64,000 nt of DNA from Candidatus Latescibacterota bacterium (GTDB taxonomy: Bacteria > Latescibacterota > UBA2968), in assembly GCA_965204375.1 (NCBI GenBank), contig OZ241986.1, forward strand, positions 6,276,850-6,340,849, in the 5' to 3' direction. This document shows positions 31,785-41,430 of the stretch, in pieces. The position numbers and the translations under genes were made by a program. Numbering within the stretch: the first letter of the stretch is position 1; every line of letters starts with the position of its first letter. The notes below the pieces were generated by a model. That model was not told where the DNA came from, searched no databases, and saw only the letters and a list, made by a program, of their open reading frames with translations.

Positions 31785-32348
31785 TCAAGAATGTGTGATC
31801 ATCTCGGGATTGAGGATGATTAACCATGTTACCAACTCAAAATCGCCGGTAGAATTTTCAAATTTTACTGGCAATCTAAAATCGCGCTGACCGCCAATGC
31901 CCAGTTGCTGGATCTGTGTTGAGGTATTTGCCCTGTTAATGTGCTGCATGATCTTGTTCAACAATTGGTCGTAGCGGGCCATATCCTTGCCGTTTTGAGT
32001 TTCGTGGTCAAACTGGTCGCAGAGCTTTTGCAGTGGCTCGGTTTTGCCAATGGTTGCGGATTCAAACAATTCCAGCACTCGTCTGGCATTGGCACAACCG
32101 TAACGAATGTCGCCGTTATCGCGGATATACACGGCGTAATAAGGATGAATTGGGCTGGCTACTTTTTCTCGCTTATCCTCGCTGGCGTTGCGCTGGCGCA
32201 GGAAGAATATCACGCCCGGCCTTGTGGAATCACTCCCACCATCGGTCAGGGCATAGGCTCCATAGGGCGTTGCTTCCAGTTCTGCCTTGTTTTTTTCTAA
32301 ATATCGCAACAATTGGGCAAAGAAGTAATCGAGGGTGAAATCGCTCAT
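31785..32348 (-). pseudogene. Duplicated C-terminal 187 aa of the PLD-SNF2 helicase
   Basis: [14 protein letters not shown]...[11 protein letters not shown] matches the end of 36234-39533; no clear RBS. Confidence 0.8.
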
Positions 32349-32553
32349 GACGACGCCGTCAGAAAATCGCTATCAGGTATAGTTGTCAGAGCCGATAGAA
32401 TTTGTTCCTTTGTTTGACTAACGCTACTCATTGTACCTGCTCCAGAGGATTATACATTGCCATACTTCCGCTCCCATCAATAATTGTCTATATAGTTCCA
32501 TTTCGGTCGCAGGGGCATTTTCGATTCGGAACTTCACTCGCCAATCGCGGCGT

Positions 32554-34176
32554 TCAATAGTTTATCTTATTGGGCCATGTAATCAGCGTCTCCAGCGCCT
32601 GGTAACTCATTCGACGGCGCAGTTTGCTGAGTGCTTGATTCTTGATTTGGCGGATGCGCTCGCGTGTGAGATTCATCAAGGCGCCGATTTCCTGGAGCGT
32701 TAGGGGGCCGTTATCATCAAGGCCAAAATAGAGCCTGATAACGCGTGATTCGTGCTCTTTGAGAAGCCCTAAGGCTTGCATCAGCGTTGATTTGCGCAAG
32801 ATGTCGGCGTCAAGAGGAGTTGTCGTGTTATCGGTCAAGGTGTCAAGCAGGCTGCGGTTGTCGTCGGTGAGGAATTCGTCGAGCGAGTACACGTCGAAGT
32901 CGCTGAGGATAGTTTCTTGAATTTTCTTGGCTGGAACTTTAAGTTCAGCGGCGATTTCCACTATGTCCTCTTCGGCCAAGATTTCAGGTTCGGCGGCGAT
33001 TTCCTCTATGTCAGGCTCACTAATCCAGTCTTGACCCAGTTTGTACGAGGCTTTGGAAATCTCCCTGAGCAAGCTGGCCTTGTTAGCGGGGAGACGCACG
33101 AGACGCACATGCTCGTCGAGTGTTTGTAGAATGGATTGTCGAATCCACCAGACTGCATAGGTAATAAATTTGTTGCCCTTCGTCCCATCAAAGCGGTCGG
33201 CCGCCGTAATCAGCCCGAGATTGCCAGCGCTAATCAAGTCAGAGAGGGGCAGCCCGAGGTTCTGGTATTTCTTAGCTACATTAATGACAAAGCGCAAATT
33301 CGCCTGGATCATTTCATCGCGGGCGCGCATATCGCCATTTTTGATGCGGTCGGCCAGTTCTACTTCGCGCTCCCTCGAAAGGGGTGTGGACTCCACGACA
33401 TCGTCGAAGTAAAGTCGTAGATTGTTCTCTTCCCCTTCTGGGAATTTCTCCTCAGACACCGCCTGTTCAAGCCAGTCGGACGTATATCGGTAGAACTTCT
33501 GGTTGCGCTCTGTGGTGTCCAGCTTGGCAAGCCAGGCAGCCAGCAAACCTTCGCAGTTGTGCGGCTTGGCATTGGATTCCATCCACTTGGCGCACTCCGG
33601 CAGCGATAGCTGGAAAAAAATGTCGATATCGGCACGGCGCGGATTTTCTAAAGGAATATCCTTGCTCAACGACGTAACGCGCTCCAGCACATCACGGCTA
33701 TCATCGAGCTTATGCGGACGGCGGCCGATAACCGCGACGGTCAAGTGTGCTCCAGCGCGGAAGAAGACCACGGTTGGCAAGATTATCCGCTTATCGATCT
33801 CCCGCGTAAATTCGTCATATATCCCCGGGGCGTAGTTGTTCTCTTTCAATTCCACGGCGAAGAAAAGAATACTTTTCTGCCGGCCTTCCTTACGGGAAGT
33901 AGCCCTAAGCCCAGGTGTCTGCTGATTGGCTGAGACGATTTCATCATTTGTCATCTGAAAGACAATCCGTATGGATTGGACGTGCTTGCGGAATGTCTGT
34001 TCAGTTCCGGTGTTCTCGTTTAAGGCGGAAAATTGCTGGATGAAGTCCTCTGGATCGCCTGAGAGTTCCATTATGCGCTCGCTCTGGTATCCAAGGATAT
34101 TGAGAAGGTCTTTAGTTGCCGACAGAAAATCATAGGTGGGTATTGCCTTTAAAGCGGATTGGATATTCTCTCTCAT
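32554..34176 (-). CDS. Fusion protein: R-M methyltransferase N-terminal domain + sigma-70 factor
   Basis: First ~245 aa align with the N-terminus of the 27608-31249 MTase; remainder has sigma regions 1.2, 2 (ANLRFV, KFITYAVWWIRQSI), 3 and 4 (TLQEIG..LTRERIRQIK); GGAG RBS. Confidence 0.85.
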   Translation of the reverse strand: MRENIQSALKAIPTYDFLSATKDLLNILGYQSERIMELSGDPEDFIQQFSALNENTGTEQTFRKHVQSIRIVFQMTNDEIVSANQQTPGLRATSRKEGRQKSILFFAVELKENNYAPGIYDEFTREIDKRIILPTVVFFRAGAHLTVAVIGRRPHKLDDSRDVLERVTSLSKDIPLENPRRADIDIFFQLSLPECAKWMESNAKPHNCEGLLAAWLAKLDTTERNQKFYRYTSDWLEQAVSEEKFPEGEENNLRLYFDDVVESTPLSREREVELADRIKNGDMRARDEMIQANLRFVINVAKKYQNLGLPLSDLISAGNLGLITAADRFDGTKGNKFITYAVWWIRQSILQTLDEHVRLVRLPANKASLLREISKASYKLGQDWISEPDIEEIAAEPEILAEEDIVEIAAELKVPAKKIQETILSDFDVYSLDEFLTDDNRSLLDTLTDNTTTPLDADILRKSTLMQALGLLKEHESRVIRLYFGLDDNGPLTLQEIGALMNLTRERIRQIKNQALSKLRRRMSYQALETLITWPNKINY

Positions 34177-34218
34177 GCCTTCTCCATTTTTTATCGCTTC
34201 AAATATCTATGGCATCGG

Positions 34219-35892
34219 TTATTGGGTGCTGCCAAGCATCTCCAGTAGGTCGCCACGCCTGAAGGTCGCCGACAACTGCTGAAGCGAAACAGCCCTTTCG
34301 CCATAGCAAGCCTTTAACGCATCTTTGAGCAATTGGATGGCATCCGCATGGTATTGAGCTTGATTGTCTTCAAATGTCTGTAAAAGTCCCTGAACGTTTC
34401 GATGGGAAACTTGATCAGGGGAGATACCCTCATCTTTTAAGAGCTTGCGTCCGATTAACATGGCGATATAGTGGGACGAATAGGACAAAAAATCTGGTGG
34501 CTCTGCCGTTGTCGGGCGTTTTCTTTCATTTTCGACTGCCCTGAAAATCAAGACTGCAAGCAAGGTCTGCGCGGCATTGAGGTGCTTAAAAATATCCTCG
34601 TATAGTTTTCCGAAGTGCTCTTTACGACGGAATTTGGCCTGGTGGGGTCTTTCCCGCCAGATCGCGAGCACGGCTTCCGCCGCAATCAAACTGGTGATAA
34701 CCGATGAACCACCACCGCCTTCCTCCCTCTGGCGTCTATACGTATAGCCCAGATCAGACAAGCCCAACTCCAAATTTTTCTGCATCTCATCGTTGGATTT
34801 CAAATCTCTGAGATCCACTGGATTCTGACTATTGGTTGCGTAGGTGATGTCCTGGATAATTTCTCTATGTGTCTCGGCCAATTGATACACGCGAATCAAC
34901 AGATAGGCCGATTGAGCGACTATAGTGGGCAAATAGTCATTCAGTGTCTTTTGGATTGTCTTGCAGGTCTGACCTCCGTTAATCACCTGCATATTCTTGA
35001 GTTGTACCTGGTAGTCTGATTGCTGAAAGGCGTTGTAATCAAACCGGTCGCAGACCACAGTAATGCCGTTGTTGTAAAAGTAAAATTTGTCGGATTTAGT
35101 TGAATCGCAAAGCGTCTCGTGAATTGCCGTGTTGACGCGATTGGTGTGAAGTCCAAGATAACGACGGATATTGCGCTCGAGCAGTCTGTCTCCGTGATCG
35201 TTAAACAGTCGTTGGACCTCTTGAACGGAAACGCGCCCAACCAAAACGCGCATATAGTTCATATCTTCGACGATGGCTTCTCCGCTGAGTGTCAGGGAGG
35301 TATCCACCTGTTTATCGCGTTGCAAGATGCTGACGATGGAATCGTGGTTGAAGTGGATGAATGTTACTTTGTCGCCATAATTTTCTTTTGCACCAGCTAT
35401 CCAATCATCTGCTTGAGATGTCCACTTGTCTCCGTTATTGCAAAGGATAATTCGCACATTTGGGATATAACCCTCGCGAATCAACGAGCGAATTTCTTCA
35501 ATTTTAGGAGCTATTTTTTCATTTAGTGCTACTCGCCTGTAGGGATCAAACAACACGCGAACGGTACCTACAGCTTTTTGCACATCATTTTCCGGGAAGT
35601 TTGCTATGCCTCTCAAATCATTGATTTTGTACTTGCCCTGGAAAATCGTAACGAGAAACTCACCGTCTTCAACCTCGCCAACGTGAAGCCCATCAACGCC
35701 AGCATCGTTTCCTCCCTCGGTAAGCAATTCGGCACTGTCTTCAAGTGTCATTTCAAGGCAGGTTGACATGCACAGAAGAACAAATGCCGCCGACTTCTTT
35801 TTTGGGATATCGCTACCTGCTGGCAGCCATTCGGGATGATCTTCAACAATACCCGATACCCTCTGATCGATAATACTGACATTGATATTCAT
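34219..35892 (-). CDS. AIPR-family (abortive infection phage resistance) protein
   Basis: LERNIRRYLG, FYFYNNGIT, QVINGGQT, ATNSQNPV..RDLKSND. Confidence 0.88.
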   Translation of the reverse strand: MNINVSIIDQRVSGIVEDHPEWLPAGSDIPKKKSAAFVLLCMSTCLEMTLEDSAELLTEGGNDAGVDGLHVGEVEDGEFLVTIFQGKYKINDLRGIANFPENDVQKAVGTVRVLFDPYRRVALNEKIAPKIEEIRSLIREGYIPNVRIILCNNGDKWTSQADDWIAGAKENYGDKVTFIHFNHDSIVSILQRDKQVDTSLTLSGEAIVEDMNYMRVLVGRVSVQEVQRLFNDHGDRLLERNIRRYLGLHTNRVNTAIHETLCDSTKSDKFYFYNNGITVVCDRFDYNAFQQSDYQVQLKNMQVINGGQTCKTIQKTLNDYLPTIVAQSAYLLIRVYQLAETHREIIQDITYATNSQNPVDLRDLKSNDEMQKNLELGLSDLGYTYRRQREEGGGGSSVITSLIAAEAVLAIWRERPHQAKFRRKEHFGKLYEDIFKHLNAAQTLLAVLIFRAVENERKRPTTAEPPDFLSYSSHYIAMLIGRKLLKDEGISPDQVSHRNVQGLLQTFEDNQAQYHADAIQLLKDALKACYGERAVSLQQLSATFRRGDLLEMLGSTQ

Positions 35893-35914
35893 AGATTTTT
35901 CTCTTCAGGAGGTT

Positions 35915-36810
35915 GATGCCGGTTGGATGCCAGCGGTAAGCCGCTACTTTTCACTGGCCAGTTTGCGAAAGTTGCACTCGACCTGAAGTCCGTGCCAAAA
36001 TTCGTCTGACTGTCCGAAGAAGGCACCAAAGCGAATTGACATGGCTGGCGTGATCGAACGCCGGGCGTGAACGATTTCGTTGATTGTCTGCGGCGCAACA
36101 CCGATGACGCGGGCCATGGCATTCTGCGAAATTCCCATTGGTTTGAGGTACTCTTCCAGGAGAATTTCGCCAGGTGTGACGGGCGTGTTCATTATTGCAC
36201 TATATAAGGTTACAGGGAATTTGTCAATGATAGTCAAGGATGCATGTGCATCCCCGAATCGAGGATGATCAACCATGTTACCAATTCAAAATCGCCGGTA
36301 GAATTTTCAGATTTTACTGGCAATCTAAAATCGCGCTGACCGCCAATGCCCAGTTGCTGAATCTGTGTTGAGGTGTTTGCCCTATTGATGTGCTTCATAA
36401 CCTCGTTCAACAATTGGTCGTAGCGGGCCATATCCTTGCCATTTTGGGTTTCGTGGTCAAACTGGTCGCAGAGCTTTTGTAGTGGCTCGGTTTTACCAAT
36501 GGCTGCGGATTCAAACAATTCCAGCACTTGTCTGGCATTGGCACAACCGTAGCGAATGTCGCCGTTATCGCGGATATACACGGCGTAATAAGGATGAATG
36601 GGGCTGGCTACTTTTTCTCGCTTATCCTCGCTGGCGTTGCGCTGGCGCAGGAAGAATATCACGCCCGGTCTGGTGGAATCGTTTCCACCATCGGTCAGAG
36701 TATAGGCCCCATAGGGCGTTGCCTCTAATTCTGCTTTATTTTTTTCTAAATATCGCAACAATTGGGCAAAGAAGTAATCGAGGGTGAAATCGCTCATGAC
36801 GACACCATCG
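35915..36810. repeat. ~0.9 kb direct repeat, copy A
   Basis: Near-identical to 31462-32365. Confidence 0.9.
35944..36192 (-). CDS. higA: HigA-family antitoxin, orphan copy 1 (early TAG)
   Basis: Same HigA motifs; TAG followed in frame by RLTAGIQPASTS*. Confidence 0.75.
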   Translation of the reverse strand: MNTPVTPGEILLEEYLKPMGISQNAMARVIGVAPQTINEIVHARRSITPAMSIRFGAFFGQSDEFWHGLQVECNFRKLASEK

Positions 36811-39533
36811 GATAACTCGTCGAAGTCCAGCACTTCTTCGCGTAATTTTTTCAATTGCTCGTCGCGAAATTTGAGTTCCATTTGTGCTTGTGCTTCTTCA
36901 AATGCGTAGTCGTTCAACGGGTCATCGTCACCGCTGGCCGCTGCGTCTGCCAGGGCCATGCGTGCTTCTACGCGGCTTTGCAGGCGCAAATAGGCATCCA
37001 TGTCTTTGGTGGGCCAGTAGTTGATCATCCGCACGGATCGGTTGCGACTGCCAATGCGGTCGATGCGTCCAAAGCGCTGGATGATGCGTACGGGATTCCA
37101 GTGGATGTCGTAGTTGAGCACGGTGTCGCAGTCTTGCAAATTCTGTCCCTCTGAGATACAATCGGTAGCAATGAGCAGATCAATTTCTCCATCCACGCTG
37201 TTGCTGCGCTGGCGTGCGCGTGGGGCGAAGTTGGTCAGGATGGTGTTGAAGTCGTTAGCGCCGAAAGAGGTGCGTGTCGCGTCGCCGGATACCATTGCCA
37301 TGTTCAAACTGTGTTCTTTTGCCAACTCTGCCAAATTTTCGTAGAGGTATTCTGCTGTGTCCTTAAAGGTAGTGAACACCAGCATCTTGCGGTTGATCTT
37401 GCCGTCCTTGTCGGTTTTCGGATTTTGCGCTTTGTACCGAATGTGTTTCCGAATGGTTTTGAGCTTGTCATCTCGTGGCGGTGTGATAGCACCGACCTTT
37501 TCCCAGGCTGCTGTGAGAGTTTGCTTGTCTTTTAGCAAGTCTTTTTTCCAGCGAGGCAAATCCAATTCGCGCAGGTGATAGGGGGCGCGCGCCCGATTGA
37601 TCAGAAACTCCTCGTCATCTTCATCTTCGTCGGGCAGTATATCGGCCTGTGCATCCTGTATCGTTGGCATCTGCTCGTAGCGGTCTATCTTGTCTAATAG
37701 ATCGTCGATTTTACCGATGGTACGTCCGAGTGTTTCCGTCAGCGCATGTGCGGAACTCTCCAGACGTTTGAGAAAGTTTGTCTGCATCATGCCAATTAGA
37801 AAGCGTTCGCGGTCTGCCTGATTGAATCGCAGTTGTCTTTTTTCGTCCGCCAGCCGTTTCTTTGCCTCTGCACTAATGACATAGCTGGAAGGGCGGTAGA
37901 TGGATAGGGCGAATTGACCTATCTGATTGGACAAATCTCCATAGGAAAGCTCGCCTCTTATGTCGGTTTGTGGATAGGCATTTTTTGGTGGCTGTTGTGT
38001 GGGAAATCTGCCGATTCTATCCATTTCTTGGGCGTAAAACATCTTGATCTGTCGCCGTGAGCGGGCGATGGAAACGCCGCCTAACAAATGAAAGAAATCA
38101 GCCCCCAGCTTGTCTAATAACTCGGCTTTGTCTCTTTTTGTTTTTGAATTATTCTCCCATGCCTTAAACGCCTTTTGCGCCCGCCCCAACAAGGTCCCGA
38201 TATGCCCAATGCCCAGGCTGTTGCGGAATACATCCTCGCGCTTTTCGGTCATCAAATAGATTTGATTGCGCAGGTCAATAAGCGAAGTGTTGACCGGTGT
38301 CGCTGAAAGCATCAGTACTTTGGTTTGGGTGCCTTCCTTGATCACTTCCTCCAACAGCCGCGAGTAACGGCTATGGCGAATATTGCCGTCGTCATCAATG
38401 CGAGGTTTTGATTCATTGCGGAAGTTATGAGATTCATCAATAACTACCAGATCGAAATTGCGCCAGTTGAAATTTGCCAGATCAATATTGCCGACTTCTC
38501 CGCTATTGCGGGACAAATCGGTGTGCGATAGCAGCGTGTAACCGAAGCGGTCATCATCGAAAAGATTGTTGGTATGGGAGTTATACGCCGGATACAGTGC
38601 CCAGTTTTCGCGCAGCTTTTTCGGGCATAAGACCAGCACCCGCTCGTTTCGCAATTCAAAAAATTTGATCACTGCCAACGCCGTGTAGGTTTTTCCCAGC
38701 CCTACGCTGTCGGCTAAGATACAACCATTGTGCCGCAACAGACGGCTGATAACGCTTCTGGCCCCGTCTTTCTGGAAATCGTACAGTATGTTCCAAATTT
38801 GGGTATCGTAGAGGTGTGTATCCTCCAGTTGGCTTTCGCCTCTCTGTCTATCTTCTATATCTTCACGGAACAACTCGTATAGTGTTTTGTAATAGATAAA
38901 TTCTGGCGCATGGTCTTGACCGATTCGCGCCAGTGCGCGTAGCACGTCCCTTTTCACATTGCTGGTCAATTCCTCGTCTGCCCACAGGTCGTCAAACCAG
39001 GCGCTGAGTTCAGCGCGTGTTTCCGCGTCGTCAGTCGCCAGGTTGATTTCCACATTTGCACTTGTGCCACAGCCCAAACCGCTGCGGGTAAAGTTGGAAC
39101 TGCCGACCACTGCTGCGCCGCCGTTTTCAGATTCGGTGAGGTACATTTTGCCGTGCAAAAAATTGGATTTGCTGACAGAGCGAATTTTGACCCTTCTGCT
39201 GCGTACCCATCTGGCGCATTGCTGCGCGAGATATTTTTGCTGCAATGCGTGATTCGGCGAGAGCCGACCTTCGATTAAGTCAAAGGATTTTTGCGTTTTT
39301 TCACTGGGATCTACTTCGCCAACCGATGCCGGATCACCAAAGAGAAAACGTACGTCCTTTACACCGTGCAATTCGTTTTGCAGAGCCTCGTACCCGTAAA
39401 TGGTAAAATACGCCGATACCAGTCGGAATATCTCTGCGGTGGGTAGATGTCCGCGCAGATAATCGACGACTGTATTGAGGCGATTGTCCAGAATATGTTT
39501 GTCTTTTTGCTTATGGGTACCCTGTAATTTCAT
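36234..39533 (-). CDS. PLD-domain / SNF2-type helicase (restriction subunit-like)
   Basis: PLD-like FLHGKMY...GSSNFT; [40 protein letters not shown]. Confidence 0.9.
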   Translation of the reverse strand: MKLQGTHKQKDKHILDNRLNTVVDYLRGHLPTAEIFRLVSAYFTIYGYEALQNELHGVKDVRFLFGDPASVGEVDPSEKTQKSFDLIEGRLSPNHALQQKYLAQQCARWVRSRRVKIRSVSKSNFLHGKMYLTESENGGAAVVGSSNFTRSGLGCGTSANVEINLATDDAETRAELSAWFDDLWADEELTSNVKRDVLRALARIGQDHAPEFIYYKTLYELFREDIEDRQRGESQLEDTHLYDTQIWNILYDFQKDGARSVISRLLRHNGCILADSVGLGKTYTALAVIKFFELRNERVLVLCPKKLRENWALYPAYNSHTNNLFDDDRFGYTLLSHTDLSRNSGEVGNIDLANFNWRNFDLVVIDESHNFRNESKPRIDDDGNIRHSRYSRLLEEVIKEGTQTKVLMLSATPVNTSLIDLRNQIYLMTEKREDVFRNSLGIGHIGTLLGRAQKAFKAWENNSKTKRDKAELLDKLGADFFHLLGGVSIARSRRQIKMFYAQEMDRIGRFPTQQPPKNAYPQTDIRGELSYGDLSNQIGQFALSIYRPSSYVISAEAKKRLADEKRQLRFNQADRERFLIGMMQTNFLKRLESSAHALTETLGRTIGKIDDLLDKIDRYEQMPTIQDAQADILPDEDEDDEEFLINRARAPYHLRELDLPRWKKDLLKDKQTLTAAWEKVGAITPPRDDKLKTIRKHIRYKAQNPKTDKDGKINRKMLVFTTFKDTAEYLYENLAELAKEHSLNMAMVSGDATRTSFGANDFNTILTNFAPRARQRSNSVDGEIDLLIATDCISEGQNLQDCDTVLNYDIHWNPVRIIQRFGRIDRIGSRNRSVRMINYWPTKDMDAYLRLQSRVEARMALADAAASGDDDPLNDYAFEEAQAQMELKFRDEQLKKLREEVLDFDELSDGVVMSDFTLDYFFAQLLRYLEKNKAELEATPYGAYTLTDGGNDSTRPGVIFFLRQRNASEDKREKVASPIHPYYAVYIRDNGDIRYGCANARQVLELFESAAIGKTEPLQKLCDQFDHETQNGKDMARYDQLLNEVMKHINRANTSTQIQQLGIGGQRDFRLPVKSENSTGDFELVTWLIILDSGMHMHP

Positions 39534-41416
39534 CCCGCTTCCTTTGTTTTTTCGAGGGTTTGAATTTTTTGCCGGAGGTTTCGCAATCGCTCGCGGGCTA
39601 TGTCGGCTTCAAGGCTTAAAGGGTAGTTGACGAGCAGGGTTTCATAGATTTTTTGCGCGTCGTAATATTGTCCGAGGTATTTGTCGTAGATCGCGCCCTG
39701 TGCGATATGTGCGGCGGGGGAAAGTGGGCTTTCGGGTTGCGTGGCGATGAGTTTGCGATAGGTCTGAAGAGCTTGTGGATAGCGTTTTTGGTCGGTGTAA
39801 ATTTTTGCCTGATGGTCGAGCAGGCGATCCGCGAGAAAGGATTGCGGATGGGCGCGGTGAAGGGTTTCAAATGCGTCCAATGCCTCGTTTTGTTCTTTTT
39901 GGCGCAGCTTGAGGCAGGCACTGGCATACGCGCTGAGCAGGGTTGCGTCTGCGCGCTGGCCTTCTTGTAATAGCGCGGATAGGGCGATGGTGTCGTTGAT
40001 GATGTCGCGGTTGAGTTGTGTTTTGAGCACGGCGTTGAGCAGGGTTTGTGCCTGGTCGATCTGACCCGATAGAAAATGCAATTCGGCGAGGCGAAAGCGG
40101 GCTTCGGTTGCTTCGGGGGCGGTCGCTCTTTCGGCGATGATCTGGTGGTAGATGAGCCGCGTCTTATCTGTGTTGTTCGCCTGCAGATGTCCTTCGGCGA
40201 GGGCAAATAGTGCCTTGTATCGCCAGGTGCTGCGCCGATGGGTCTGGATCAGGTTTTGAAATGCCTGTTGGGCACCTGTAGCGTCATTGTGGTGGTCGCG
40301 CAAGATGATGCCCACGAGAAAACGGGCTTCGTCGGCCTCTGCGCGGTTGGGGTGACGGGTGATGAGGTCGCTATAGTGGTTTTGCGCTTCGGCGGGGCGG
40401 TTTGCAAGCTGATATGCTTTGCCCAGGCCCAATTGTGCGCGCGCCAGATGGTCGGGACGGTCTGCGCGGTCGCATATCGCCTGATAAGCGGCAATAGCGG
40501 TTGTGGGATTTTCATTGTCGAGGGCATAGTGCGCAATGCGGAAGAGATAATTCCAGTTATTGTCTGTGGGCGCGTTGGGCGAGAGCAAAAGGTCGAGTGT
40601 TTGCGCGACAAATCCAGCGGGCAGGGCGTATTCGATGAGCAGACTGAGATGGTTTTGATCACTGGGCGATGAGAGCAGGCCAAAGACTTCGGCGTGCTGG
40701 TCGCCGTTTTGGGCCATATCGCGCAGGCGCGCTTCAACGTGTGCGCGATACTGCGGGTTTTGCCGAATCCAGATCAGGTATTCGCGCACGGCATCGGGAT
40801 AATGGGCGCGGCGTTCGGCGAGTTCGGCGAGTTCGCGGGCAAAATGCGTTGTGTTTTTGAGTGCGGTTCTCGCGCGGCGATAGGTCTGTTCGGCGCGTTT
40901 GTCGAGGTTGCGTTTGCGATAGCGGTCGGCAATGATGGCAAAGGGGTGTGTGGTGGTCGCCTTCTGGAGCAGGGGTTCCCAGGATGCGGCTGCGGAATCT
41001 ATTTGTCCCAGTTCAAAGAGGGCAATACCCAGGCGAAGGCGCGCGTTGTTATCGTTTGGAACAGACGACAGACGCTGGCGAAATAGCGCGGCGACTTCGG
41101 CATGTCTGCCCGCCCGCGAAAGTGCGGATTCGAGGCGCATGAGAAGGTCGGCGCGATGGGGATGCTGGATGTAGAGGCCGCGGTAGATGTAGATCGCGCT
41201 TGTGAAGTCCTTTTTGGCTTCAAGGGCGATTGCGCGCTGGATCGCGGCGTTGATCTGCTCGGTAGATGCCGTGGCAATCCCCGCGAATAAGAGGAGGATG
41301 GCGAATAGACGAATAGACGAATAGACGAATAGACGAACCCCGCCCAACCACCCAAAGTCAGTGCGAACTCCCTTCGTTGATGAACTGCTGGCGCAGTTGT
41401 ACACCGTTCCGTACAT
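39530..41416 (-). CDS. Secreted tetratricopeptide-repeat protein
   Basis: Repeated A.F..A/..YP.S TPR-like units; hydrophobic signal RLFAILLLFAGIATA; start uncertain. Confidence 0.8.
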   Translation of the reverse strand: MYGTVYNCASSSSTKGVRTDFGWLGGVRLFVYSSIRLFAILLLFAGIATASTEQINAAIQRAIALEAKKDFTSAIYIYRGLYIQHPHRADLLMRLESALSRAGRHAEVAALFRQRLSSVPNDNNARLRLGIALFELGQIDSAAASWEPLLQKATTTHPFAIIADRYRKRNLDKRAEQTYRRARTALKNTTHFARELAELAERRAHYPDAVREYLIWIRQNPQYRAHVEARLRDMAQNGDQHAEVFGLLSSPSDQNHLSLLIEYALPAGFVAQTLDLLLSPNAPTDNNWNYLFRIAHYALDNENPTTAIAAYQAICDRADRPDHLARAQLGLGKAYQLANRPAEAQNHYSDLITRHPNRAEADEARFLVGIILRDHHNDATGAQQAFQNLIQTHRRSTWRYKALFALAEGHLQANNTDKTRLIYHQIIAERATAPEATEARFRLAELHFLSGQIDQAQTLLNAVLKTQLNRDIINDTIALSALLQEGQRADATLLSAYASACLKLRQKEQNEALDAFETLHRAHPQSFLADRLLDHQAKIYTDQKRYPQALQTYRKLIATQPESPLSPAAHIAQGAIYDKYLGQYYDAQKIYETLLVNYPLSLEADIARERLRNLRQKIQTLEKTKEAG

Positions 41417-41430
41417 TCGTCTATTCGTCC
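41302..41430. repeat. Dispersed GAATAGAC element (copy 2) inside the TPR gene 5' end
   Basis: (GAATAGAC)4 GAACCCCGCCCAAC...GAACTGCTGGCGCAGTTGTAC...TTCGTCTATTCG. Confidence 0.8.

Larger units (their letters stand above)
31462..32365. repeat. ~0.9 kb direct repeat (helicase 3' end + higA), copy B
   Basis: Near-identical to ~35915-36810. Confidence 0.9.
25796..39525 (-). mobile_element. Defence island inserted into the DUF4175-TPR-MoxR gene cluster
   Basis: R-M/Abi/TA content; AATTTC at both ends (25790-25795, 39526-39531); no integrase seen. Confidence 0.65.

Noticed and set aside
26190-39533. DISARM or BREX assignment
   Set aside because: No drmA/drmB (DUF1998) or pglZ/brxC genes in the island
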